The position numbers and the translations under genes were made by a program. Below, piece by piece: positions 45,102-57,551 of a stretch of DNA of 64,000 bases. The stretch covers positions 10,782,311-10,846,310 of the forward strand of contig CAJINV010000001.1 in the NCBI GenBank assembly GCA_905178155.1, read 5' to 3'. Below the pieces are notes generated by a model. That model was not told the DNA's origin. It saw nothing but the letters and a program-made list of their open reading frames with translations, and searched no databases. Source of the stretch: Amoebophrya sp. A120. Lineage: Eukaryota; Protista; Dinoflagellata. The stretch's first letter is position 1, and every line of letters begins with the position of its first letter.

Positions 45102-48100
45102 ATGGAGCCGCCGCCTGCCCCGGTGGTTTTGCCGCCGCCTTTACCCGATGCGAGCGTACCCGGAAGTCCGCCGGCGGACCAAACGGGCAGTCCGATGCTG
45201 CCGAACTTCCCCCCTCCGCCGCCCTCGTCGCCACCACCAGACAGCTCTCCATCTGTGGTAGATTTTTGTGGTTGTAGTTTGATCGTGATAATTTATTTTT
45301 TCTGTATTTTGTTATCGTGTGAGTGGTCGTTGTCGCAGCATCGATCGATCTAATCTTCCTAACACCCAGGTTTCCCCTCCGCAGCAACTCCACGACAGTA
45401 TGGGATCGTCTCAACAGCACTATCACCAGGAACAATCGGGTGAGCTGGTGCTGGAGTTGAATGAAGACCATCACTGGCACCAAAACGGAAACGAGCCCAG
45501 CGGGACGCAGCAGGGAACAAACAAGCACCAGCAGCAGGATTATTACAATTACAACAATCACCACGCCGCGCAATACTACTACGAGCAGCCGCATAACCCC
45601 TCTCAACACGGAGCGAATGGCGGGAGCAGTCAACACCACCGCAGCAACTCTGCCAGCGGAGGGTACTATCACGACCAGAATTACGACCATTACGGCACGA
45701 ACAATGGTAACTGGAACCAGTCCTCCTACTGGGCCTCGGGTTGGGGGGAGCAGCAGCATCAGCACGAGCACTCTCACATCAAACGCGTGGAGCATACATC
45801 GCATCATGGTCATCAAAACTCGTGTACTTACTACCGTTTTTTTGAAGTAATCATGTTGAATTCCGCTCTTGTTCTGAAAAGATGTTGTTACATTCTTCTA
45901 GTACCTTGAATCACATCACATCACATCACATCACATCACGAACCCTAAACCCTAAACCCAAACGCACGAAACAAAAAATCCCAGCCCGCCAAAACGTCGA
46001 GTACTTGCAGCAAAGCATGTTCAACGGGGGCACAAATCCATTTTTTCACGAGTACGGTGCGAACCCCAATTCTAGCCACCACCAACATCACTATCTGAAT
46101 GGAAACGCGCAGAAATTTGATTTTCACGCCAAAACCAGAAACCACGGCCACAACGTGTCGGTTCCCCTGCTCTCGGTCGGCAGAAGTAGCAGCATTGTTG
46201 TGGATTCCGTGACTGCCGCCGCCCAGGCAAAAAACCGCAGCGCCTCCGACTCCGAATGGATCGCGCAGTCGAGTAATACGGCCGCCGCGGCGCAGCAGCA
46301 CGCTAATACTTCTAGGCCTCCGCACCAGAGCACCAGCCACAGCTCGGGCCAAGCGTCCCCGGCGATCAACATCAATCCTCCGCAACAAGTACTAGCCCCA
46401 GATCATGTTTCGGATAACTCTTCTGAGGCCAGCTCGATTTCGAACGAGGTTGATTTTCCTGACCTGGATCAGTACTCCACCGACGATGGGCTGGTTGACG
46501 TGGCAGCCTTTCGGCAATCTGTCGAAGCTTCGCAGAGGTCTCGCACGAAGGGCTCGCTGGAGATCCGGCGATGCGCCGACGGCGAACTGGTGCCAGACGG
46601 CGTAAAGGTGCCCAAGGAAGTCATGAAGAGCGTGGATTTCTTCCTTGCCCTACCGCACAAGACGTTGCGGTCCCTGGACGCGATCGCGCAGGCCGTGCAG
46701 GAAGAGCAAATGTTCACCTCCACGCAGCAAATGGACGTGACCCCAGGAACGGCGGACGCCGGGCTGGATATCAGAACCGCGGACGGGACCACGTCAACGG
46801 TGACCGCAGAAGAACATCAACCCGCCGCCAATGCCGTTGACTTACTCAACGGCGGCCTCGTTGTTCCCGAAGTAGGTCTCGCCAACGTCTCCCCCTCCGC
46901 GTCGAAGGAAGGTAGCACCTGCGGGGCCAATGTCCGCCGGCAGGGGCAGGGCCGGCGAGCCAAGTACAAGATCGAGTTTCAGCTTCTCACGGGCGAGGAC
47001 GAGGCCGAACCAGAAACGCTGAAAAAGCGCGACGCCGTGTTCCGCCAGGTGGCGGCTCTGGTTGATGTCGCGAACCAGTCCGAGCACTGCGAGTTGAACA
47101 GCATCTCCGTTGGGGTAAACACAACCACGCCGGTGATTGCCGGAAACCTCGCGTCCGTGGTATTGCAGCGCGTGAAGGAGAGTTGCCACCTGCGCGAGGT
47201 CGTGGTGAAGAACATGGTGATCGGAAAGACGATGACGGCAGAAACCATTCAGATTCTGGCGGACCGCGGGGCAAGGGGTTGGCTGGAGAGTTTGTGTTTG
47301 ATCAACACGTGCATCGGCGACACGGGGGTTTCTGCCATCGTCGGGCACTTGATGCAGAGCAAGAAAAGTTCTTCAACCACTGCGGGCAGCAAAACTTCTT
47401 TCAAACTTGTCGAGCAGGGGGTGAATGGCTGCGGCCACGAGGCGGCGGGGGGAGCTTCCGGCTCGCAAACGGAATCCGAACAAGAGAACGCTCCTGCTGG
47501 TAGTTCGTCAGACGCCGAGACGCTGCAGCAAATGTCAAAATCGGCCTTGGAGAAACTGGTGGTGAAGGAACAGAACATCTCCCGTGCGGGCGCATTAATA
47601 CTCGCCGAGGCGCTGCGAACGCCGAACGCCACTTTGGCGGTCTTGGACCTGTCGAATAACCACCTTGGGTTGGACGGCGTTGACCGGCTCGGGGAAATGC
47701 TATTCGTATTCTGCATAAAGTTTTGTCCTACTTGTACTTTTCGACCTCATTCTGTGAAATACTGCCAAAAAGTAGTGGATCTGGATTCCTGTTTCATCTT
47801 TCCCGTTTCTAAGTTTGCGTAATCTTCTTGCACATAGATTATACTCGGCCAGCACTCTGTTGTATGCCGTGATAAGGATTCGCGTAAGAGTACTAGTGCT
47901 CGTGGTTTAATAGGAAGAAATGCCAATCAAATCAGGTCAACAAGTCGCTAAAAGAGCTTTACCTCCGGAACGTGGGGGCTATGACGTGCTCAGCTGTTAC
48001 AATCTCAAAGTCAAACGTTACAATAGAATATGGAAATCTGTGATGCGCGAGTGCATGATCCATCCAACTCTCGCAGGATTGCGCATGACAAGTTCCGGAG

Positions 48101-50476
48101 CCCCAAACCGCACTAGAATCTGGCGAAATTTGTGTTGCAGAAAGTAGAATGCTCTGCGAGTCTGTCATGCTCATCATGCAAGACAAATTCCAGATTCTAT
48201 TGTAACGTTTGAGATTGTAACACCTGAGCGGGTTATAGGGGCTTCTGGGAATTTCTGGAATCGCGGTTTGTTCAAGGTAGTGGCTATCAAATGTAAAAAT
48301 GTCTGGGTCTGGAAGAATGCAAGATTTGTCATGCATATTTCTCATGACCCATGATGCCTGTAATGCATGCCCTAGCATCACAGATTTTTTGAGGGATTCT
48401 TGATGCCCATTCCGCATGACAAATGCCCTCTCCGCGTAGCAAAAATTAGTCTCTGTTTGCTGCTCATGCAACACAAATTTTTTAGTCATCGAAACGCAGC
48501 ATCACAAGTTGCATTCTTCCAGACCCAGACATTTTTACATTTGATAGTGGCCGCATTGGAACAAAGCAACACGATATGGAAGCGTCAGGTTTGAAATCGT
48601 CAAAGTTGAAATAATTTGTAATGCATAAAATGCATGCCCCGAGGTGCGTGCGTTGCAGAGCAGGCAAGTGAGGCCGATTGTAAGCCTGTTTGGGGTTACA
48701 GCTCGAGCTGCTAAAGTAGCATGAGAAAATCACTCTTCTTTGCCTAGACAGCACGACAAACTGGATTTAGGGACCGCCGAAATTTGTCATGCGCCACTTG
48801 GAAAATGGGTTCCAACTGGCATCCATTTTATGCATGCCAACTGGCATCCATTTGTTGGCGAAAAGTAAGGTTTGTTGGCGAACAATAAACGCATCCGTTG
48901 GCGCAATGTAAGGATCGTTGGCGAACGTTAAACGTACTCAGTGGGCGAAAAGTTGGACTTGTTGGCGAAAAGTATGGTTTGTTGGCGCAAAGTAAGGATC
49001 GTTGGCGAACGCTAAACGCATGTTGGCGAAGTGAGGACTGTGTGCGAAACGTTGTGCGTGTTAGTATGGCGAAGTGAGGACTCGTCTAGCACGTTGTGCG
49101 TGTTAGTATGGTGGCCGGGATCGAAGCTTATGCCTTATTTTTATTTTTGTATGCGGCGACTCTTTTGGTCGGTAGCGCGTAGTCTTTTTATTCCGCTGCG
49201 TTTTACTCCATGATGAGCTTTGACACATTTCTTTTTGGCTGCTCGTTCACTACCCGCTGGCAGACACCTATTCTGTCATGCGAGTTTTGTGTTGCACGCC
49301 TGAAAAAATTTATAACTTCACTGTGTCGCCTGATCAAATTGCGAAAAAGAAAACCTAGATATTTATTTGTTTCGGAGGCCCGCATCCCTCCTAGCTCTAG
49401 TTTCTTCAGCCGATCCGAAGGTAGTTTGTATGTGTGCCCTGGCTTTCCGATATCGAGCTCTGTTTTGCATGCAAAATCGGAATGTCGCCTCTTGCGCGGA
49501 GTTGCTTGAGGACACGTTGTATGTTTTTGGGACCACCTACCTACTAGCCCGAGGGGGTGCGGGAGCCTGAAAAAAAAAGAAAGTAAGGAAAAGTTGGCGT
49601 AAGTGGGATCATGTGCCCGAGGATGATGGTGATGGCTTCGGTCCGCCTGACTCCACGACCTGGTGGCCGAACCATCTGCGGTGAGGTGCCCTTACAGGTT
49701 GTGTTGTGGTTTCGGTCGGTTTAGCATGACAAATTATTTCAACTTTGTCGATTTCAACTCTGACACATCCATACACGACTTTGGAGCTGCTCGACCTAGG
49801 ACAGAACAACATCAAGGACAAAACGGCGGGTAAACTGGGCGAGATCTGGAAGAAATCCGGGCTAAAGAAGCTTTTTCTCAGCGGAAATTGGCTCGCGGAA
49901 GAGGCCATATTCCAGATTTTGGAGTCCGTCGTGCAGCACGACCGGTTGGAGGTGCTAGACCTGGGCGAGACGAAGATGGGCCGCCTGCCGGCGCTGCGCG
50001 TCGGCACCATGCTGCGGAAGGTAAAGAACTTGAAGACGCTGCTGCTGCAAAAGAACCAATTCGGCAAGCACGGGGCCGCCGCCATTTTCGATGGGCTGAA
50101 GGCCAACCGGTCGGTGAAACGGCTGGACCTGATGGGGAACGAGATCTGCGACCACGGGGCGGTGGCCTGCGTGCACATGCTGTGCACGAACAAGACCTTG
50201 AAATACCTGGACCTGCAGCACAACCATCTCGCGGAAAAGACGGCGAAGACCCTCGCCTCGGTGATCAGCAACGTCAATTTGTGTCCACAGCTAACGGTTC
50301 TCAAACTGCAGAACAACAAAATGACCGCTGAGCAGATCCGTTCCCTGCGGAACGCCCTGTCCGCACGAAAAGCCGCGATCCATCCGATGACGAACGCGGC
50401 ACTGGTGGCCGCGGGGGCGAACAGCAACGAGGAGGAAGAGGTTTTCCAAAACCACGAAGCGGGGGTGGTCGCGTGA
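45102..50476 (+). CDS. RNI-like leucine-rich-repeat protein, multi-exon (5' exons uncertain)
   Basis: LRRs LESLCLINTCIGDTG, LAVLDLSNNHLG, LELLDLGQNNI, LKYLDLQHNHL; GT-AG intron 47706-47935 plus three introners give continuous MLFVNKSLKELYLRNVGASGNFWNRGLFKVVAALEQSNTTLELLDLG. Confidence 0.8.
45910..45962. repeat. (ATCAC)6 microsatellite followed by telomere-like CCCTAAA repeats
   Basis: ATCAC x6, G, then AACCCTAAACCCTAAACCCAAA. Confidence 0.75.
47980..48237. mobile_element. TIR introner family G, 258 bp
   Basis: ~60-bp imperfect TIR (TATGACGTGCTCAGCTGTTACAATCTCAAA... / ...TTTGAGATTGTAACACCTGAGCGGGTTATA); TSD GGGGC; frame restored. Confidence 0.9.
48285..48546. mobile_element. TIR introner family A, 262 bp (orientation 2)
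   Basis: Family A TIRs; TSD GTGGC; interior is reverse-complement relative to the 41497 and 53939 copies. Confidence 0.93.
48575..49773. mobile_element. TIR introner family F, 1199 bp, carrying an ~890-bp internal insertion
   Basis: ~50-bp imperfect TIR TATGGAAGCGTCAG.../...CTGACACATCCATA; TSD CACGA; removal gives SNTTLELLDLG; aligns to the reverse complement of 60061-60370 except 48837-49723. Confidence 0.9.
48854..49110. repeat. Degenerate tandem array of GTTGGCG(A/C)A units, period ~20-24 bp
   Basis: About 9 units starting GTTGGCG, followed by a duplicated ACGTTGTGCGTGTTAGTATGG. Confidence 0.8.
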
Positions 50477-51384
50477 AGAAATGAACCTCCTCCGCAGGAC
50501 GATTCCGGGTTTTTTTTTCAACATGACTGATTCTGATTTGCTTCGGCACGAGCTTCTTTTTTCGTTTTAACTTTTTATGCTGGCTTTTTATGAACATACT
50601 TTTTAGCCAAACGAAACTCCATTTCAGTTCTTTTGTGTTTCGGTTTCTCGATTCTAGCTCAACATTCTTCATCATTCTGATAGATAGACGCATCTTTGAT
50701 CGTGAAAGTCATAGTTTTCATCGTCTTATTTGACGGTTTCGTTGTGCACAGTCTACGCTAGGAAACAATTACCATGTTCATGCAAATTCTTTTTTAGTTT
50801 TAGGATCACGAATTATAAGAATCGCGTCGTATGTACCGTATTTTTTGTGGCTGTTGAGCCAGTTTTAACCGCACGCTTTTCCTATCAGAGGCCGAATTCC
50901 ACTTTTGATTTGGATAATCTGTAGTTAAGTTTGAATGCTTTTCTTGTATCATATAGAAAGTTTCGGCGTAATTTTCTAACTTGGAAACACTTATTAAATG
51001 CATGCACATAAAGATTGTCTCACCTTTTATATTTATCCAGCAGAGGTGGGTTACGCTTACGACCAGCACGGTCACACCTCGTCACAGTCCGTGTTTGCCT
51101 GAGAGTCCTTGAGAGTATCATGGATGAGAAATTTAGTAGGTTGTATATGTACCAGTGGAAACGGGTAAAAATGCCGTTTTTGAGTGTGAGCGATTCCAAA
51201 CTGGTGAACTTTAAGCCCAAGGCGCGATGGTAAGAACAATTCCAATTATTGTTACAGGACCCCATTATAATTTAAGTACGACTTTGGCTTTGCGCACGTA
51301 TTGGTATTCGGAGTTTCAAAAGTATTCTGGTGGATCTTAAAGATGTCACTTTGATCCTGTGCTCACACATACTGTGAAATAGAA

Positions 51385-53034
51385 ATGGGCTGTGGTGCCT
51401 CGATGCCCTCCACCGGGCCTCAGCCAGGTGCGCATTCTGTGATGGCCCGCGGGCCTGAGGAGGATGAGGAGCTCGTTGAGGTTTCGCTGCTGGATGAAAC
51501 CGGCGAGTTGCTAGATTGGGTGACCGCGCGCGTTTTGGAGCACCACCCCGCAACAACTGACGCGGTGACTCTGCGAAAGAAGAGGGTTTTCGTCCTCCCC
51601 ACTGCTGCGGCGAAGGCCCACGGGTATCCCAACGGCACGGAGCTGGTCGTGGATCCGCGGAGACTGCGGGAAAAGATGCCCTACGCGGTGGACACAGAGG
51701 ACGCATCGAAAATTCTTGCCGCAGGGAACGGCGGCTCCGGGGAAAGCTCGCGGGGGAGACGGAAGGAGGGCCTCTTAGACAACGATGACGAGAAGGACGG
51801 GCAAGCTTCGAAGAAGAAAGGGAAGAAGAAAAACACGCCGGGCGCAGACCTGCTTCCCTCGGCGGCCTTGATGGCGAACGACTTTCTTTCCGCCCCGGAA
51901 GAGATCCTTCTAGGGACCGGGCTCGAGGCGGTCGCCGCGCGCAACCCCTTCGGCCCGGAAGCAGTGCAGCTCCGAGAAAAGGTTGCCTTGTTACTTGACG
52001 ACGCGCCACATATCAAGCCCGCAAAGCGGATGGCGAAAGAACTCCGCGCGCAAAACGAATCGCTGACGACAACGAACGCGGATCTGGTCGCGGCGTTTCT
52101 GCCCAATCCCGCAAAGCTGTTTGAGTGGCGCATCGCGCTGCGGGCGCCAGACCGAACGCCGTACGCGAAAGCGATTTTTTACCTGCACTGCGATTTCGTA
52201 AACCGGACCAGCGGCGAATCGAAGTACCCATTTGAACCGCCGAAGCTGCAGTTCGCGACCCCGATTTTCCATCCGAACGTCTCCCAGCGGGGCAAAATTT
52301 GCTTGAATACGCTAAACGAGAAAACGGAGTGGTCCCCCATGATGGACCTGAGCATGCTGTGTGTCGCGGTTTCCGTGTTGCTGCAACAGCCAAACTGTGA
52401 GGACCCACTGAACACGCATGCAAGCAAGCTTTTGCAGAAACACCCCCCGGAGTTTAAGCGCCGTGCCCGCGAGTGGACGAAAAAGCACGCTTACTGTGAC
52501 CCAGAATTCGATCTCTACTCGAGGCAGCTGGAATATGAGCGAGATGCGGACTTCTCGCAACAAGAGGATCTTGACTACTTCTCCTCCTCCACAGTAGCGT
52601 CAAAGAGCCAATTGACAGGAGCTCATCCTGGTCGTAAACGTGGTCCCGGCCAGCAGCAATTTTCACTTGTCGAGTCCATACGGCAAGACCCGCAGCCGGC
52701 GACTTTTGCAAATCCGCTGTTCCACGGCAGTGCACCTGGTCAACCTGCTGCGCAAAGTCAAAGCAAACAGAATGACGGCGATTCGCTGACGTCTATTCTC
52801 GCCGGGAACAGACAGAAGCACGCAGCGAGGCAAGCGGGAGCAAACACGGGCGGTGCTTTCGGGCCCACAAGTGTTCCGGCCGCCGGGCTTCTACACTCCG
52901 ACCCCTACGCTGATTACCAGACCGACCGGGCAGGGCGTGCCTTGGATGACAGGGACGCTGGTCGCCGCATTCGATGGAACCACGCACTGGAACAGTATCG
53001 AGCCAAAAAAGAAATGAGTGAGCGATACTGCTGA
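51385..53034 (+). CDS. Ubiquitin-conjugating enzyme (E2) with long N- and C-terminal extensions
   Basis: UBC core TPY...YPFEPPKLQFATPIFHPNVSQRGKICLNTL...WSP with catalytic Cys; N-terminal MGCGAS acylation motif. Confidence 0.9.
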   Translation: MGCGASMPSTGPQPGAHSVMARGPEEDEELVEVSLLDETGELLDWVTARVLEHHPATTDAVTLRKKRVFVLPTAAAKAHGYPNGTELVVDPRRLREKMPYAVDTEDASKILAAGNGGSGESSRGRRKEGLLDNDDEKDGQASKKKGKKKNTPGADLLPSAALMANDFLSAPEEILLGTGLEAVAARNPFGPEAVQLREKVALLLDDAPHIKPAKRMAKELRAQNESLTTTNADLVAAFLPNPAKLFEWRIALRAPDRTPYAKAIFYLHCDFVNRTSGESKYPFEPPKLQFATPIFHPNVSQRGKICLNTLNEKTEWSPMMDLSMLCVAVSVLLQQPNCEDPLNTHASKLLQKHPPEFKRRAREWTKKHAYCDPEFDLYSRQLEYERDADFSQQEDLDYFSSSTVASKSQLTGAHPGRKRGPGQQQFSLVESIRQDPQPATFANPLFHGSAPGQPAAQSQSKQNDGDSLTSILAGNRQKHAARQAGANTGGAFGPTSVPAAGLLHSDPYADYQTDRAGRALDDRDAGRRIRWNHALEQYRAKKEMSERYC

Positions 53035-53049
53035 GCTTAGTGAACGGAA

Positions 53050-53109
53050 GATGGCGACTGTTTGATGTCAGAGCAAACGACGGCGACTGTTTGATGTCAG
53101 CGCGCAAAC
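53050..53109. repeat. Short tandem duplication (~29 bp)
   Basis: GA(T/C)GGCGACTGTTTGATGTCAG occurs twice, just downstream of the E2 stop. Confidence 0.8.
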
Positions 53110-53599
53110 TGGCTGGTTACGCAGTTAGCATAATCGCAAAATATGCTGCAATCGATGAATGTCAACGAACCAGAGCAACTGACTTTGGCTTCGGTACCAG
53201 CCTAGACACAAATTTGAATTTCTTAGTGTTCGAAGGCAATTTAGCGAAAGAAGTGGCCGCTAGATTGTCCATTTCCGGAAAAAAACGGTGCTGAGCGCTG
53301 TCAGAGTTCGTCAAACCCATTTCAAATGCAACCGCCTAAATCTATCCATTGTATTTGCGGTTTCCAAATGACAGCTGTTCCTGGCTCGGTAGTAGTGGGA
53401 AAAAATGAATAAATGAAATAGTTGTAATAATGAGTGCCACTTGTGTCTCGAGCGTTTTGAATGATATGACCGCTAGTATTGCGACCGGCTAATCGCGCGC
53501 TGATGGGTGAAAGAACAAAACACAACGGGCCACTTCCCCTCGCCTTTCAAGTTTTCCAGCAGCAAGGGTCCCTGCAAAAACTGACCACCTGCGGCCTCC

Positions 53600-56395
53600 A
53601 TGAAGCGGGGTGCCACACGGAGCGGGACTGCGTCTTCGCTACAGCGCAGCGCTACGTTCGAAGAGCGACTGCTGGAGCTTTCGACGAAGCTAGAAAACCA
53701 CCAATGGAAGGAAAACATAAAAGAGGAAGACCGCGTCTACGTCCAGAAATGGATGCGGCACGAGCCTCGTAATGTTTTCTTTGTAAAGTTGCTTTTATAC
53801 AACCCAAAAATACAAATACAATCTGCTGGGAATCGATCTGTTTCTTTGCTTCCCCTTTTCTTTGCAGGACGACACGCAGAGAATGAATCCTTTGGCTGCA
53901 CAACCAACTACAGGTCTCCGTCGTTTTCTGATCAGCTGTATCAAATGTAAAAATGTCTGGGTCTGGAAGGATCCGAATTTGTGATGCGAATTCCACAACA
54001 CGCGCAAATCTCTCATGCCTAGACAGCAAAAGATTCCCATTTTCTGTTACAAAACAGGGGGATTTGTCATGCGGATTAAGCATTGCGGAACGTTCTCGAA
54101 ATCTGTGATGCCAGGGCTTCCACGACAGACCTTCTGTGTCATGCAAAAACACCATTACAAAAATCTGCATTCTTCCAGACCCAGACATTTTTGCATTTGA
54201 TAAGCTGCAACACCGTAGACGACGCGTTTGAGTCGTTGAAGAAGGTCGCGGCCGACCGCACCAAGCACGACTTGTGGGGTCTGCACTATAAAGAGCTGTC
54301 GGAGACCGTGAAAAACGGGCTCAAGACGGGTGCCTTCTACAGTCAGGGGGTCTCCAAGGAGGGTTACCCCATCATCTGGCAGACCAACCGACGGCTGGAC
54401 TGCCGCCTCGCGGAGAAGGAGCGAATACGGGCCGTGGTGCTGGTGCTGGACTCGCTGGAGGCCAAGATGGACGACGGGCAGTTTGACAAGAGGCGGTGGA
54501 TCATTGTGATGGACCAGGCCGGCAGCCCGGCGTATGGCTCTCCGTCCCTGTCCTTCAGTAAGACCCTGTATGCTGTGCAAAAGCATCGTACTCGTATAAA
54601 TGCAGGTCTTGCATTACAAATTTCTTTTACAAGGCAAATCAGCATTACAAATTTTATTTCTCATGCTGAGAAAATTTGTAATGCATTTATACGAGTACGA
54701 TACTTTTGCATTTCATACCCTGGTCGGAATGACGACGAAGTTTTACCCAGAACTCATGTACAAAGTGTACATCATCGACGCGGGAACCATTCCGCATCTC
54801 ATCTTCTCCTTCATGAAACCCTTCCTCGGCGAGGGTGCACAGCAGAACATCAAGTTTGTCAAGCGGCCGCGGAAGAGCTCAATATCTCGGGCGTCCTCCA
54901 GTTCGTCCATCAGCGGCGGAAGTAGTGATGTTTTTTGGCGGGATCCTCCCACTTATTCTTGCACGACTTAGTTCTTGATTGAATCTGCAAACGCGCTGCG
55001 CGCTGCTTTCGGTGAATGCTTTACTTACTGCACCATTGGCGACATGATCATCAGAAGTCATCTAACTGGACCAAATCCTTACCACATGTCAGAGGCAAGT
55101 GCGCTGGAGAACATGGTGGAGCTTATTGGCGCCGAGGCGGTGCCTGACGATATCGGCGGCTGCAGCGGGTTTGAATGGAACGGTGAGCATATCCAAGAAA
55201 AAAACTGTGTTAGTGTAACTTTCTTTGGGTGACAGCATCACAAATTTGCTCTACATGACAGAAAAAACCTGTCATGCGTGGTTTGTAAGGGAAAACACAC
55301 ATGAAAAGAGGACTTGATGGCTGTCTGGCATGACAGACGTGCCTCTGTTGCAAGTTCTGCATTACAGAGTTACACTTACACAGTTTTTTTCTTGCATAGA
55401 GCAGCACTGGGAGTCGATAGTGCTGCTAAAGGAGCCACTGGTTCCCGACGAGGCCGACCCGCTCAACGTCCTCGAGCCGGCGGGTAAAAAAGGGCGCCGC
55501 TGGAGCCGCGGGCTGGTGCGGTCCGCCGCCGCAATGAAGAGCACGGCCGCGGCCTCTGCGACAACGCTGAAAAACACGGCGAAGCCGGTCCTGAAAAGGA
55601 TACCGAGTAAATCACGGGAAAAACTAAGCGCCGCTTCCAGTGCGGCAAGTACGCCGCAGACGGAGCACGGCGCGAGCCACTTGCAGGGCCCACCACAACT
55701 CACCAAGGAAAAGTCGCAGGACAGCCTCGCGCACAGCTCCTCCAGCGACGGGCGGACGCAGAACGCAGGAGTACCCCCAACCAAGCTGGGACCAGGCCAA
55801 CATGTGCGTGAGCGAGGTACTAGCTACTCGGTGGGCGATATTTTGCATTACAGAATCTCTTGTAGCATCTTGGTAGCTATCGTGATGGTCATCCTGCTAC
55901 GTACTTGTCGTTGCCCCTCCTTCGGCCCTCTGTGTAGTAACTGAAACGCGAGTGCAAGAGAAAGCAGTAGCAATCGTTTTCATATGTAAAAATTCAGGTA
56001 GTGGAACTTGCTGCACGCGCAACGACGAGCGGGAGGGTGGCAGTCGGTACTCGAGCAAGCAGAAGAATTTGCTGACGAGCAACAACACTCCCCCAGATAG
56101 TCAAGAAAAGCCGCGCGTGGAAGACGACGTTTTCTCGCTGTACAGCTTTCAAACCGTGCAAAGTAACGACTACAGTGCTCCTTTTGCTTCTCCGTCAGCC
56201 CCAAATGCAGTGCCGAGCAGCACCGTGGCCATGCGTACTGATAGATGTGTTTCTCCTTTGCAAGGATTTCTCGACTCTCAAGATGTTGCGTTTCAACTGA
56301 GAATCAATAGGAGCATCGAGATCTTATTTCGAGGGTCAAACCTAAAAACCACTCCGCAGCTTTACCGGTGGCAATACCTGAGAACAAGCGTTTAA
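53600..56395 (+). CDS. CRAL-TRIO/Sec14 lipid-binding domain protein, multi-exon (ends uncertain)
   Basis: GT-AG intron 53769-53913 plus three introners give HEPRLRRFLISCNTVDDAF..., GVSKEGYPIIW, WIIVMDQAG, FSKTLVGMTTKFYPELMYKVYIIDA, MKPFL...QNIKFV, AVPDDIGG. Confidence 0.8.
53939..54202. mobile_element. TIR introner family A, 264 bp (orientation 1)
   Basis: Family A TIRs; TSD AGCTG; removal gives FLISCNTV. Confidence 0.93.
54569..54717. mobile_element. TIR introner family D, 149 bp
   Basis: ~36-bp TIR TATG...TGCAAAAG(C/T)ATCGTACTCGTATAAATGCA; TSD CCCTG; removal gives SKTLVGMTTKFYPE. Confidence 0.92.
55190..55398. mobile_element. TIR introner family E, 209 bp
   Basis: ~31-bp TIR TAT(C/G)CAAGAAAAAAACTGTGT(T/A)AGTGTAACT; TSD GAGCA; removal gives WNGEQHWES. 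Confidence 0.92.
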
Positions 56396-57551
56396 AAGAT
56401 CCGGGGGAACGGTCTGGGTGTTGTAGCTGCTTTCGTTCGACGGCCCGAGAACCGCAACTAGATCGGATTGCGTGACGAGCAGGTCCCCAGTGTCAACAGC
56501 CGCGTTTCGCGTTGGAGAGCGGCTCCGTCCTTGCGTTCCCGACAGGGCAGTGAGTCGGTACACACGACACCCGTATCCGTTACTGCTTACGCGTCGCAAC
56601 ACTCGCGCGTAGAGTGGGAGCAGTATCTTTTGCGGTGCAGCGTCGGCTTTGGTTCTGGCCGACGCGGCCGGGTGTGCATTTCGTGTAGAATCGCCAATTT
56701 GATGTACGCCGTCTTCCTTCTTGTTGTGATAATTGCGCCGCACGGAAGATGCTGAGGCTTTCCTCGCATGCTTTAGCTAGTACAACGCAACTTTCAGTTT
56801 CGACGTATAGTACGAATGAAACGAAGAACATCTTCATCTGTACGATGGCGGTGCTTGCGAACCTTGTTTCAAACGTTGCGTATTGGTTTCGCAGTCGTGT
56901 ACCAGGAAAAAAATTTTATCGGAAGAACGCCGCGCCTTTCTTTGCGGCGCAGGCGGGTGTAGGTGGTACCTACTACTTTCTACTGGTTGATGTCACGCAC
57001 CGGACGCGGTCCCTCAGGAACCAGTGTTTTTCTGCGCCGATTTCCAAGAGGAAGAGTTGGAACAGTTCGGAAGAGGATCGGAAGATCTTTGATGTTGACC
57101 ATCTTCTGGTGGATTATCCGATGCGGCGCCATGGGCTCATTCAGGAAGATGATCCGTTAAATAATTCTGTGATCTAGTACTGTAGTGCGCAACAAGCTGA
57201 AGGAGCTGCATGTTGGAGATCCACAATTTTTTGCTCTGCTATCCGCGGCTGAAGCGTGGTCGCGGGGACGGTGAGAACCATGTCAACCTTTCGGATAATT
57301 GCTCTCTTCCTTTGACGACCCAAATACAGTCTTTCCTCTGTCATTTGTCTTTCTTATGTTCGCTCCAGAGTTTGTGTACTAGACCTTGGAAAATAGCCAG
57401 GTCGACGTGGAGACCAAGAGTTTATTTTTCTAGTAAGTACAGGCTTTTTGTTTTTACTTTTTGTTTTTACTTACCTAGAGCTACTTCAGCTTTGAGGAAT
57501 GTAGCGACTTTTTTCTTGGGAGAAAGGACTAGTTTGACACAACTCGTCAAA

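Noticed and set aside
48854-49110. CRISPR-like array of GTTGGCG repeats
   Set aside because: Repeats are only ~9 bp, spacers are ~11-15 bp and related to each other, there are no cas genes and the context is eukaryotic; it is a degenerate minisatellite
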